DNA of 25,280 bases from Candidatus Aenigmatarchaeota archaeon. GTDB taxonomy: Archaea; Aenigmatarchaeota; Aenigmatarchaeia; JACPZZ01. The translations under genes were made by a program, and so were the position numbers. Below the pieces are notes generated by a model that did not search any database, was not told where the DNA came from, and saw nothing but the letters and a program-made list of their open reading frames with translations. Of this stretch, positions 1-9,471 are shown in pieces. The stretch spans positions 1 to 25,280 of the forward strand of contig JAZDLW010000031.1 in NCBI GenBank assembly GCA_043801595.1, read 5' to 3'. Position 1 is the first letter of the stretch, and each line of letters opens with the position of its first letter.

Positions 1-52
1 AGAAGCAATGTTGCTGAGATGACAATGGATTGTTTATAGCACCGCAATCCGT

Positions 53-355
53 CTAACTTTTTCCGGCTTTCGGAATTACGGTTATTTTGCCGGTTTTCGG
101 GACCGAGATCTGCAGCGAACCGCGCCACTCTGTCACATAACCGCCTTCAACCTCGACTTCGTCGTCCGGTTTCATCGAGTCGATCTGTTTTTCCCACAAA
201 GACAGTTTTATGGAGCCTGTTTCGTCCTTGATGTACGCTTCTGCTACCAGACGTTTTCCGAAGCGCGTGTTAACCTCTCTGGGCTCGGTTTTTTCCGATA
301 CTTTACCCTTAATGCTCACGTCTTTCATGCCTACAGACAATTCTGAGATATTCAT
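53..355 (-). CDS. Single OB-fold single-stranded DNA-binding protein (SSB/RPA-like)
   Basis: 100 aa with the archaeal SSB OB-fold pattern (ISEL..GM..V.I.GKV...R.VA.A.IKDETGSIKLSLW...V.V.GGYV.EW.G.LQI). Confidence 0.88.
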   Translation of the reverse strand: MNISELSVGMKDVSIKGKVSEKTEPREVNTRFGKRLVAEAYIKDETGSIKLSLWEKQIDSMKPDDEVEVEGGYVTEWRGSLQISVPKTGKITVIPKAGKS

Positions 356-391
356 GTAAAAGAATTATCGCATTAAGCTAAAATAATCGGC

Positions 392-904
392 TTATGTGCT
401 GTTCGTGCCGTTTGTCTGGTCGGTTGCGGTGGTCGGTTTTAGTGTGCAACCTATTGGCGGGTACAAAACAATCCGGCAAAAGCCCTGCTCAATCGTTGCA
501 GTATCAATGCTGTCACCCTTTGCAGACCACTGGCCTATCTGGCTGGATATTGCCAGACGCGGCAGGTCGACGTAATCGCTTTTCGAAGCCTTTACTTCGG
601 ACAAAATAACCTGGTCGTTAAACTGGTTTGCCAGCGCTTCCAACAACGGAATTATTTGGCCGCATTTTGTGCAGTTCTGCGAATCATATATAAATTCTAT
701 GACTGTTCTTCCGTATTGCGATTCAAGCGTTTGCTGCTGGTCTGGCGCAAGAAGATAATCAATGATATTGCTTTTCGGCAGAGTTGTTGTTGCTGTGCTG
801 CCTGTTGTTAGCGGGCTTGCCTGCAATACCGCAAAACCGATCAGGGAAACTAACATTGTCGCGCCCATGAACACAGCCATCAATAAATTCGAACCGATCT
901 TCAT
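392..904 (-). CDS. Membrane-anchored thioredoxin-fold protein (CxxC)
   Basis: N-terminal hydrophobic helix, then beta-strand TVIEFIY followed by CTKC and an amphipathic helix. ATG at 904 preferred over TTG at 910. Confidence 0.6.
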   Translation of the reverse strand: MKIGSNLLMAVFMGATMLVSLIGFAVLQASPLTTGSTATTTLPKSNIIDYLLAPDQQQTLESQYGRTVIEFIYDSQNCTKCGQIIPLLEALANQFNDQVILSEVKASKSDYVDLPRLAISSQIGQWSAKGDSIDTATIEQGFCRIVLYPPIGCTLKPTTATDQTNGTNST

Positions 905-953
905 GTGCAAACCTTTAATAGTTAGTCTTTAAAAAGATAAATCTGGTGTTTCG

Positions 954-1109
954 ATGGAGTTGAATTACTACAAAACGTGCCAGATCTGCAACCTCGCATT
1001 CGACACCGAACTCACCGAACGCCAATGCTGCGACCCGTGCATTAAAATGCTGAAATATCTGCGTTCGGAAGGACGTTTAGACCGTCGATGGTTGGATTTT
1101 TACACCTGA
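954..1109 (+). CDS. 51-aa putative zinc-finger microprotein (CQIC...CDPC)
   Basis: Hand-translated, not in ORF track: MELNYYKTCQICNLAFDTELTERQCCDPCIKMLKYLRSEGRLDRRWLDFYT. Fills the intergenic gap; TATA-like TTTAAAAA at 928-935. Confidence 0.65.
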   Translation: MELNYYKTCQICNLAFDTELTERQCCDPCIKMLKYLRSEGRLDRRWLDFYT

Positions 1110-1144
1110 CAAACCTTTTACCGCAGAACTCGCTATAATATAGC

Positions 1145-1309
1145 ATGACAATAGACGGAGCGGGCAAGATTCATTTTCTGGCAACATTCGTCGTGGCTGT
1201 TGCTGCGGTTTATCTTGTTGTTACTGGCCAATTTGAAACAAGACTTTTAGGGTTTGCAATACTGATAGCGGACATAATACAATTCGGGCTGTTCTACGAG
1301 AAATTATGA
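1145..1309 (+). CDS. 54-aa small membrane protein with two predicted TM helices
   Basis: Hand-translated: MTIDGAGKIHFLATFVVAVAAVYLVVTGQFETRLLGFAILIADIIQFGLFYEKL. Its 3' end overlaps the stop of the convergent gene by 6 bp. Confidence 0.6.
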   Translation: MTIDGAGKIHFLATFVVAVAAVYLVVTGQFETRLLGFAILIADIIQFGLFYEKL

Positions 1310-2104
1310 CCTTAGTATTTCTTCGGCCTGCAAAAGAACGGCTTTCGGGTCGCCAAATATCTTTCTTAGCGTCGGCTGGCCGGCGTTGATGACGTCCCTT
1401 ACAGTAAGAACGTTCTGTTCGAACGCGCGCCTTGTGTCGGTTTTTTGCACGCTTTCCAGGATCGTTATCGGATAAAATTTCTTTTCATCGATAAGCTCAA
1501 TCAGCTTTGGCAATCCAAGCGAATAGTTCCAGCACATCAGTTTGATCCCTTTGCATGTTGCGTATTTCACAGCATGGTCCGACATCTTCGTATTGCAAAC
1601 CAGCCACGCCTCGTCGAACTTGTTGTTTTCACGCGCGTCCTCCCATTTTGCCCACGTTTCCATTGCATCGCCCAGTCCTGTGAACGCGTGATGGTTGGAG
1701 TGATGTTTGCATTCGATCATTGCTGTTATTTTTCCGTCTTTCGCGATCAGGTCTACTTCGTGCTCGACGCATCTGCCTTTCACGATCTTCGACCACTCTA
1801 CGGAATAATCGTGCTCTTCCAAAAGGCGTTTGATGTATTTTTCGAAAAACATCCCTTCCGGACTTAAGTTCGCAAGCGCCGCGCGCAGGTTGTATTTCAT
1901 TGATGACGCAACGCTGTATTTCCTGATCTCCAGCAGAATCATCTGCAAAAGTTCCTTTGTTGTCATTTTGTCGTAAGCTTTTTTCTTTACATTTGCGAGA
2001 ACAGAGTCTGCCTGCGATTTCGAAATTCCGGAACGGATGCACGTGTTGATGATTTTATTGCCGTCGAATTCTTCCAGCCGACCGTCGACTTTTTTTACAA
2101 ACAT
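1304..2104 (-). CDS. ATP-cone domain + Mrr-like PD-(D/E)XK endonuclease fusion
   Basis: N-terminal VKKVDGRLEEFDGNKI (ATP-cone signature); central FEKYI..LL...EHEVDLIA...IECK nuclease motif. Confidence 0.82.
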   Translation of the reverse strand: MFVKKVDGRLEEFDGNKIINTCIRSGISKSQADSVLANVKKKAYDKMTTKELLQMILLEIRKYSVASSMKYNLRAALANLSPEGMFFEKYIKRLLEEHDYSVEWSKIVKGRCVEHEVDLIAKDGKITAMIECKHHSNHHAFTGLGDAMETWAKWEDARENNKFDEAWLVCNTKMSDHAVKYATCKGIKLMCWNYSLGLPKLIELIDEKKFYPITILESVQKTDTRRAFEQNVLTVRDVINAGQPTLRKIFGDPKAVLLQAEEILRS

Positions 2105-2166
2105 AATATATATATTTGGTAAAAGTATATTTTAATCACTAAAGCGAACTTACGGGTTGGCTAAAT

Positions 2167-5100
2167 TTGAATACTGGCACTTTAAGGGGCAAAATTGCGG
2201 TTTTCGGCGCGTTTCTGTTAGTCCTATCCTTCGTTTCGGTCGGAGCTGGCGCATTTACGGTTGATTTCACTTCAAACATTTCCGTGCAGTTCAATTACAA
2301 CATGACAATCTCCGGAAATATCTATAACAACACCGGAGAAAACGTAAACGGTTCGAATTGGTTTGTCAATGCTTCGCTAACGAACGGAAACTTTGTACGC
2401 GCAATGCCTTACATACTTTCCTCAGCGCCGACAAACTCAAGCTTCAATGTCAGCATTAACACGACAGGCATATCAGGCCCGTCGTCCGTTTTCCTACAGA
2501 TTTCAAACGGGACAATGACTGTGGGTAGAACTCTCAAATTCATGGTAACAAACATATCGAGTGCTACAATATCGTTTGTCGGCAAATCGCCGCCATTTTC
2601 GCCCGGTGACTTCATAACAGCGAAAATTGTTGCGAAAAACTGGTCTGGTGTGACTGTTGTCGACCAGACAACAATCAACGGAACTATATACGCTGCCGAT
2701 GGCCCGAAAACGACATGGGGATCTAACTCGTCAAAAACAAACGCGAACGGCGAAACGCTGCTAAACTTCTCAATACCAACGAACGCCGAAGCGGGCAATT
2801 ATATATTGTCAATTGAGGGCAGGGCAGGTTCGATATTCTTCGGAATCGAAAAATATTCGCTGACTGTTATGGCAAAAGACAGTTTTGGCAATATCAAAAA
2901 CGCGTTCGCGCCCGGAAGCGCAGCCACAATCGAATCGAGATTGACTTACACAAACGACACGTCCATTTCAGGCGCTGCAACAACAATCGAAATAATAGAC
3001 CCGACCGGATTGTTGACAAGTTCTTCCGGTTCGTCGTATACTGATGGCCGATTCCAGTACAACTACACAGCAACCGCAACAGGAACTTACAAAGTGCGCG
3101 TACAATCAGGCGGGCAGGGAGCTGCAGGCTCGTTCGCAACGCGCACGATGTCTGCGACAATAGTGCCGAGAGAGGCTGCATCGTTCTTCAGGGAATTCGC
3201 TGGCAAAAAATTGTTCCCGCCAGGACAGAATGTCTCGTTAACGATATTGCCGACAAACGTAAGCAGCGGAGAGATACTGCCGTTAGGATCGACGTCGTAT
3301 GACTGCTCGCAAAACAATTTTACAATACTCGATACGTATTTCGCAAACAACCAGACATCGCTAAACAGCACTATCGGTAAGTGGCTTTCATTTGTGCCGA
3401 CAACGCACACGGGCGTTGCGGTGTGCGGAATAGAATTCAATCTTACATCGAACTATGTCGGGCTGTTCGGAATAAAAATTAATGTCACCACAGCGGATAA
3501 TTCCAATTCTATAGCACAGGGATACTTCTCAATACAAAGATATGGTTTATCGGTTGAACCGTCTTCCGACTATGGTGATAACGAATTCATGTCCATGTTG
3601 TTGCCCGGCGCGAATGCGACGTTCAAGCTCACTGCATTTGACATATCCAGCGGCGAAAATCTTAACGGCTTTAATATAACGAATGCCACTGTGCAGAAAA
3701 TAACACTGTTATCAACATCCGGTCTGGGGGCAACGGAAATAACGGACGTAACAAACAGCTTCTCGTTCGTCGATGCCGCTACTGCTGATGGCAACGAACC
3801 GTACCTTGTCGGAGGACCTATACCGTCGATTGCGGGTCCGCAGATAATCACAATAATGGCGTCTGTGAACGGAACGAATAACATAACCGCCGATGCTTTA
3901 TATCTCGGCAAATACCTGATGGGCTACGGAACGCCTTCCGGAAACAGATACGGCGGGGAGAGCGGCGGTGGAGGAGGCAAGCAGGAAGGCGGAATGGGAG
4001 AAGGTATGTCGATAGACTGCTCTGGAACAACAGAATTCAATGTAATGGTTTTCGATGCAAAGACGTTCATGCCCGCGAGCTCGGTGTCATTTTTATCCAT
4101 TTTATCTGCGAGAGACGAGTTGACGGGAAGCGATATAAGTTCGTGTTTGGCAGTAACAAAAGGCCTGACCAGTTCGTCGGGTCAGGCAAAGATAAACGTA
4201 ACTTTCTCGAGCGCATGCACATACGCCGGGTTCAATTTCGTGCAGTTCAACGTGTCGTTCCAGGATAAAACAGACCAAATACCCGCAGGTTTCAGCTGTG
4301 TATCAATGTCGATGACGCCGAACACCTACAACAACTTGGGCCAGCAGAGATTTTCATTTTCGCCGACCGCGAACATAACAATGCTCGTGCAGAATGTTTC
4401 ATACACCGCGAACTCGTCGCGCATTGTGGTCGGCGGAAACGCCAGCGTTGTAACCCTGATAAACATGAATCCGTCAACAGGCGCAACTGTGCTAACGCCG
4501 ATTAGCCTGATCAATGTTTCTTTGGTATTGCACAACGGAAACTACGAGGGCAACATCACGATAAACCCGATGCAGTTCATGTCTGCAGGAAAACCGCTAA
4601 CAAAATGGCCCACAGGCTTCTTTGAGCTGCGAGTAAAAGTGTGCGACAACGCATCGACAGCGACAAAAGGCTATTCGGGCGCTTGCGGAACGTCATCAAA
4701 CTCGGGATTCAAGATCGCGCCGTTTGATATGTGGACAGACTGGTGGATGAGCGCGAATGCACAGGCCACGTTCCAGCCTGGACAAGCTGTTGTAAATATC
4801 AGTTTATTTGCGGACCTATGGCCGTGGAATGTCGCGAATGTGTCAAGAATCGTTGTCGAACTTATGAACTTTGAGACTGGCAAGAAAACAAATACGACAT
4901 CCGTAATGTGGCTGAACGGAACGCCGGCATTTGATCCTTATTACGCGGGGTTCGGAATTCCCGAACCGTCCAGCACAATTGAAAATATAACATTCAACTT
5001 CACAATACCCGTTACAATTAAATCAGGAAATTACGGTGGAATAATAACAGCTACGAACGGCGGCAGTGGTGAAACAACCGACGAGATGGTACAGGTCACG

Positions 5101-6972
5101 ATCAAAGGGCTGACTATCGGAGTTCCGCTAAAGGAAAACTGGAACGCGCCGAACGGGCATTGCTGGCCTACAAGCTATTACATCCAATTTTGGAATTTCA
5201 CAGCACCGAACGGCATGCCGCTTGGCAACATGCACGTACAACAAGGCACAACAGACGGGTGGACATACCAAAACTGGACTCACATAAACAACACATATCT
5301 TGGAATGAATGCGGCTGTAGCGGATAATTCTATGATCTGCACAGGACTCACAGTAGCAACGCTTAGCGACATCGACAATTCGGCGTCAACAAACTACACA
5401 GGCATAAACATAATGGCTGTGTCGAATGAAACGAACATCTTTGTTTTCATCGGCAACAGATCAAGTGTTCCAGCAAACGGTTTGATAACCGCGGAAAATT
5501 GGAACATAACAGGAATAACACGGCTGAATAACACAAACACTATACCGTTGACCGGTTATGAAAAGACCTATCTTTGGACAGCAGACGGCGCATCGTTCAT
5601 AAGGTTCGTCAATGTGACAACGCTCACGCCGTGCAATGAAGGGTCTGGACAGGGTTGCACAGTAATAACTAACTTTGCGTTTGCAGGTGGCGCCAAGATC
5701 AGGGAACTTATTCGAATGCCGTTTGTCGCATTCAGGGGAAGCGGAACAGCCGGTGCTGCTAATGGCGCCACGCCGCTTGCGAAGTACTGGTTCAATATCA
5801 CAGATGTTGCTGAGATGAACACGGAAGGGTTCGGAATAAAGTCGACTCTGCCTGCTAACTCTACGGACTTTGTTGTGAATTTCACTGGTTGGACAGATTT
5901 CACAGGAAACCTGACAGATGCTAATGGGTTGGCGTTCGTTCCGCTAAACGTAACGAAGAGCGGAAGGTTCATGGCGTTCTGGAAAGTCAATTCCACGCCA
6001 GTTGAAAAATCTTCGTTCAAAAACTCAGTGAACTTCAATGTGCGCTCATTTAATTCGTATGGCAATTATGTGCAATTATTGCCGGCAACAACGCACAGAA
6101 TAACATTGTACGCGAACCCGACGACGTTCATGACAGCTGTTGGAAATAATGCCGGTTCGGGTTTCAGTGAAGCTGTGGCGCCTACAATTTTCTATTCTGG
6201 AAACTTCACCGAAACCGCCGGAAACGAACTTGTTAGGGACGGTGTGATTGAGACGTTCTATTTTGTGATATCCAACTCAACGCCGATGAACGGCGCTGCG
6301 TATTACCGAGGAAACCTGACAAGGATGTACATTGACGATGATTCTAACATGACTGATAACTCGCAATGCTCTGCCTCGGAAAACGCAAACAACCAGAACC
6401 AGAATGAAACATCAAACCCGAACTGCCTGGGTTCTTCGGGCAAGGTTTTCAATTATCCGACAAAGATGATCGAATCAACGAGCAGCAACAAACAATTCTC
6501 ATTCGGAGAAAACCTACGACTCGGGATGACTGACTGGTGGTTCAACTCCACACACGCAATACTGAACTTTTACGAGGCGAACCCGTCAATAGACTGGGCA
6601 ACCGTAAACTCGATAACGCAGCGCTTCGGATTGCGCGTTTGCGCGTCGACATTCGCGAACAGTGCGATGAACGCTACGTTCATACTGAAGTATAACAACT
6701 GGATGAACGGCGAGGTTTCCGCGAACGTAACCGCATACAACATAACGCACAACATCGCGGTTAACGCGCCCAGCAACATGTCCGGATCGATATACGATGG
6801 TTGCCTGTTAACAGAAGTGTTGCCGCAGAAAGGAACATGGACGCTGGGAAGGAACGAAATATCAGGAACAACCTACGAGATCGATAACAACGGCGTTGCA
6901 ACAGGAACCCAGGAAGATTTGTTCGCCGGACCGATCGAATATCTTAGCGGTGGAAGCAAGAACTTTGGATGA
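2167..6972 (+). CDS. Very large secreted surface glycoprotein (Ig/MG2-like beta domains; S-layer or adhesin-like)
   Basis: 1601 aa; N-terminal signal peptide; very many N-x-S/T sequons; rich in Asn/Thr/Ser/Gly; MG2-like segments (FSPGD...NFSIPTNAEAGNYILSI); no C-terminal TM. TTG start uncertain. Confidence 0.75.
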   Translation: MNTGTLRGKIAVFGAFLLVLSFVSVGAGAFTVDFTSNISVQFNYNMTISGNIYNNTGENVNGSNWFVNASLTNGNFVRAMPYILSSAPTNSSFNVSINTTGISGPSSVFLQISNGTMTVGRTLKFMVTNISSATISFVGKSPPFSPGDFITAKIVAKNWSGVTVVDQTTINGTIYAADGPKTTWGSNSSKTNANGETLLNFSIPTNAEAGNYILSIEGRAGSIFFGIEKYSLTVMAKDSFGNIKNAFAPGSAATIESRLTYTNDTSISGAATTIEIIDPTGLLTSSSGSSYTDGRFQYNYTATATGTYKVRVQSGGQGAAGSFATRTMSATIVPREAASFFREFAGKKLFPPGQNVSLTILPTNVSSGEILPLGSTSYDCSQNNFTILDTYFANNQTSLNSTIGKWLSFVPTTHTGVAVCGIEFNLTSNYVGLFGIKINVTTADNSNSIAQGYFSIQRYGLSVEPSSDYGDNEFMSMLLPGANATFKLTAFDISSGENLNGFNITNATVQKITLLSTSGLGATEITDVTNSFSFVDAATADGNEPYLVGGPIPSIAGPQIITIMASVNGTNNITADALYLGKYLMGYGTPSGNRYGGESGGGGGKQEGGMGEGMSIDCSGTTEFNVMVFDAKTFMPASSVSFLSILSARDELTGSDISSCLAVTKGLTSSSGQAKINVTFSSACTYAGFNFVQFNVSFQDKTDQIPAGFSCVSMSMTPNTYNNLGQQRFSFSPTANITMLVQNVSYTANSSRIVVGGNASVVTLINMNPSTGATVLTPISLINVSLVLHNGNYEGNITINPMQFMSAGKPLTKWPTGFFELRVKVCDNASTATKGYSGACGTSSNSGFKIAPFDMWTDWWMSANAQATFQPGQAVVNISLFADLWPWNVANVSRIVVELMNFETGKKTNTTSVMWLNGTPAFDPYYAGFGIPEPSSTIENITFNFTIPVTIKSGNYGGIITATNGGSGETTDEMVQVTIKGLTIGVPLKENWNAPNGHCWPTSYYIQFWNFTAPNGMPLGNMHVQQGTTDGWTYQNWTHINNTYLGMNAAVADNSMICTGLTVATLSDIDNSASTNYTGINIMAVSNETNIFVFIGNRSSVPANGLITAENWNITGITRLNNTNTIPLTGYEKTYLWTADGASFIRFVNVTTLTPCNEGSGQGCTVITNFAFAGGAKIRELIRMPFVAFRGSGTAGAANGATPLAKYWFNITDVAEMNTEGFGIKSTLPANSTDFVVNFTGWTDFTGNLTDANGLAFVPLNVTKSGRFMAFWKVNSTPVEKSSFKNSVNFNVRSFNSYGNYVQLLPATTHRITLYANPTTFMTAVGNNAGSGFSEAVAPTIFYSGNFTETAGNELVRDGVIETFYFVISNSTPMNGAAYYRGNLTRMYIDDDSNMTDNSQCSASENANNQNQNETSNPNCLGSSGKVFNYPTKMIESTSSNKQFSFGENLRLGMTDWWFNSTHAILNFYEANPSIDWATVNSITQRFGLRVCASTFANSAMNATFILKYNNWMNGEVSANVTAYNITHNIAVNAPSNMSGSIYDGCLLTEVLPQKGTWTLGRNEISGTTYEIDNNGVATGTQEDLFAGPIEYLSGGSKNFG

Positions 6973-6980
6973 ATGATTGA

Positions 6981-8477
6981 ATGAGAAAAATAGTATTATC
7001 ATTGATTATCGGCATGTTGATGCTGACGTCCGGCGCTTTAGCGGCGACGGTTACAGTAAACGACCCGTCTTTCGATTCGACGACAGCGGATGCCGGAACA
7101 ACGAGAACAATAAGCGTTACGATGTCGACTGATACCGGAACTGCGACAATAAACTCGTTTTCGGTAAGTTCGTCGCCTTCGGGGTTAACAATAGGCTCTG
7201 TTAGTACGCCTTTCACTGTCGGAACATCTGGAGCGACGAAAACCTTCACAATAAGCTCGTCAACTGCGAATACATATTCTTTCACTGTTACGTTGTTAGA
7301 TTCGGGCGGTTCGAGTTACAGCAGCAGCGCCTCGACAATCGAATACGTCAACCCGTCGAGCCTGACGCTCACTGTTGTTGAAGAGTCTTTGTCAACGGTT
7401 TACGATGGCAACAACACCGGAATAGCGATAAATGTTGAGAATGCGCTCGCGACTTCGCAGACTAGGAATCTCACGCTCTATCAGAACAAATCAAACACTT
7501 TCGTTGTTAACACTTCGCTGGGAAGCGATCCTGCTGCGCAAACATTGTCGCTGGCGGCGGGGCAAACGAAATCCGTTGTTTGGAACATAACGATCGGTTC
7601 GTTCGACGGCACAGGCCACGCGATAATAAGGCTCGGCGACACGACATCGTCGAAAGTTTTCACGCTGACAAAGGGGACGACAACTACAACAGGGTCGTCC
7701 GCTACAACAACGACATCGAGCACAGGAAGCGGTTCTTCCGCAACGACAACGTCCACGACCACAACAACCGTAAATACGGGACACGAAATACAAAAAATCG
7801 TGCAGGATATCGTGCAGAGGAAAAACGATGAGATAAAGTCGCTTATAGACAGCAAAGAAGAATTGAAAACTGGTCTCAGACTCGCGCTCGGAAAGAACAT
7901 TTCAGAGGAGGTAAAAGCAATTGTTGCTGCGGCAACGGAAAAAATACAGAAACAGATAAGCGTAAACAGGACCATAGATGTTGACACGATAAACTTGCGG
8001 TCTTCGGTCATTTTAAAAATAAAATTCAACGGGACTGAACAGGTCAACAATTTCATTGTTAAGGACATTGTTCCAAAATCGTTCGCTGCCAGAGCTTCGA
8101 ATATAACGCTGTCGGCTCCGAACGCAATTGTGAACGTAACAAACCCTGATCCGGAATTTTTGTTCACCTATGCGAGCATGCTGCCTGGCGCTGAAAACAC
8201 GATAACGTACAGCGTAAATGAACGCGTATTTACGATACTGGGTGAATACTCTGCGCCGATAATACTCGCTGGTTCGACACAAACTGCGCCGTCGAACACA
8301 ACGCTCACGAACACGTCCTCGACTACTACAACGACCGTGCCTGCTGGCGGAGGCGCGAATAACTCGCTTGTTTTCATTATTGCCATTGTACTGGTACTTG
8401 GCGGCGCGTTCTGGTTCTACATGCAGAACTACGCCAAAAAGAAGCCATGGCAATCTATGGCAAAACAGTCGCGATAA
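6981..8477 (+). CDS. Membrane-anchored surface glycoprotein with Thr/Ser-rich linkers and C-terminal TM
   Basis: Signal peptide, beta-rich domains, poly-Thr linkers, a helical segment, then TM LVFIIAIVLVLGGAFWFY and a basic tail. Starts 8 bp after the previous gene. Confidence 0.8.
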   Translation: MRKIVLSLIIGMLMLTSGALAATVTVNDPSFDSTTADAGTTRTISVTMSTDTGTATINSFSVSSSPSGLTIGSVSTPFTVGTSGATKTFTISSSTANTYSFTVTLLDSGGSSYSSSASTIEYVNPSSLTLTVVEESLSTVYDGNNTGIAINVENALATSQTRNLTLYQNKSNTFVVNTSLGSDPAAQTLSLAAGQTKSVVWNITIGSFDGTGHAIIRLGDTTSSKVFTLTKGTTTTTGSSATTTTSSTGSGSSATTTSTTTTTVNTGHEIQKIVQDIVQRKNDEIKSLIDSKEELKTGLRLALGKNISEEVKAIVAAATEKIQKQISVNRTIDVDTINLRSSVILKIKFNGTEQVNNFIVKDIVPKSFAARASNITLSAPNAIVNVTNPDPEFLFTYASMLPGAENTITYSVNERVFTILGEYSAPIILAGSTQTAPSNTTLTNTSSTTTTTVPAGGGANNSLVFIIAIVLVLGGAFWFYMQNYAKKKPWQSMAKQSR

Positions 8478-8555
8478 AACGTTTTTAAACCTGCGCCTAG
8501 AAAAGCTGATTAGTATAACAGCTAAACGCATACCGATGTATGTGTTAGTTTGGAT

Positions 8556-8656
8556 AGCCCCGTAGTGTAGTGGTCAAACTTGTGTCTTTACTGGCATAGG
8601 ACTAAGCACGGGAGCCTCTGGAGTTCCAGACCGCGGTTCGAATCCGCGCGGGGCTA
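8556..8656 (+). tRNA. tRNA-Gln (anticodon CUG) with a 28-nt intron at position 21/22 (8578-8605)
   Basis: Acceptor stem AGCCCCG/CGGGGCT; anticodon arm GGAGC-CT CTG GA-GTTCC; T arm CGCGG-TTCGAAT-CCGCG. Removing 8578-8605 restores the D arm GTGTAGTGGTCAAGCAC. CCA not encoded. Confidence 0.93.
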
Positions 8657-8664
8657 CTTAACTA

Positions 8665-8695
8665 GAAACAGACGCTGTTGGTATGCGTCTGTTTC
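8665..8695 (+). terminator. Perfect 11-bp hairpin directly after the tRNA (terminator or 3' trailer structure)
   Basis: GAAACAGACGC-N9-GCGTCTGTTTC followed by a pyrimidine-rich run. Confidence 0.5.
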
Positions 8696-8705
8696 AGTTT
8701 CCCTC

Positions 8706-8734
8706 GCATACCGTATATTGTATCGGTATGCTTC
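8706..8734. repeat. Palindromic 29-bp repeat, copy 1 (upstream of pyrH)
   Basis: GCATACCGTATATTGTATCGGTATGCTTC; 28/29 identical to 9497-9525. Confidence 0.9.
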
Positions 8735-8746
8735 AGTCAACCGAGA

Positions 8747-8754
8747 TTTATAAA
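8747..8754 (+). promoter_or_regulatory. TATA box of pyrH
   Basis: TTTATAAA about 30 bp upstream of the ATG at 8783. Confidence 0.6.
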
Positions 8755-8782
8755 TTCCAGATTTCAATATGGATTGATCTGA

Positions 8783-9469
8783 ATGGAAAAGGAAAAAGTC
8801 GTAATAAAACTGGGCGGTTCTTTCCTGTTCGACAAGGGGCCGAACACCAAATATATCAGGGAAATAGCCGACTCCCTCAAAAAGCTTTCTGGCAAATATC
8901 ATTTTATCATAATCATAGGCGGAGGTGCTGTGAACAGGATGTACGTCGAAGCCGCACGGGAGATGGGTTCCAACGAGTCTTATTTTGACCTCATAGGGAT
9001 AGACACGTCAAGACTCAATGCAAGGTTGTTCGCTGCCGCGCTCGGCAGCTCAGCTTATCGCGAACCGTGCAAAAGCTTTGAAGAACTCACAGCCGCAGAG
9101 GCGACAGGCAAGATGATTGTTTTGGGCGGGCTTGTGCCCGGACAGTCGACAGACGCGGTTGCAGCAGAAGTGGCGGAATATCTGAACGCCAAAAAACTTG
9201 TGATAGCGAAAGACGTTGATTACGTTTACTCCGACGACCCGCGCAAAAACCCCAACGCAGTGAAATATGAAAAACTTTCGAAAGACGAACTCATCAACAT
9301 AGTTTCTAAAACAAAAATACGCGCCAAGGAGTATTCTGTGATAGACCTTGTCGCTGCGATGGTAATACACCGCGCGAGTTTTTCTACGGTTATCGTGAAC
9401 GGAGCGGATGTTAAAAATATGGAGAATGCGATTGTCGGGGAAAATTTCAAGGGAACGAGGATAGTCTAA
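8783..9469 (+). CDS. pyrH: UMP kinase (archaeal type)
   Basis: VIKLGGS, IIGGGAV.R.Y, D.IGI..SRLNA, GG..PGQSTDAVAA, DVDYVYSDDPRKNPNA motifs. Confidence 0.96.
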   Translation: MEKEKVVIKLGGSFLFDKGPNTKYIREIADSLKKLSGKYHFIIIIGGGAVNRMYVEAAREMGSNESYFDLIGIDTSRLNARLFAAALGSSAYREPCKSFEELTAAEATGKMIVLGGLVPGQSTDAVAAEVAEYLNAKKLVIAKDVDYVYSDDPRKNPNAVKYEKLSKDELINIVSKTKIRAKEYSVIDLVAAMVIHRASFSTVIVNGADVKNMENAIVGENFKGTRIV

Positions 9470-9471
9470 CT

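Noticed and set aside
2167..6972. Alpha-2-macroglobulin
   Set aside because: MG2-like segments are present but there is no CxEQ thioester motif or helical TED domain.
7670..7770. ACA/ACG-rich tandem repeat
   Set aside because: Explained by Thr/Ser linker codons of the surface protein.
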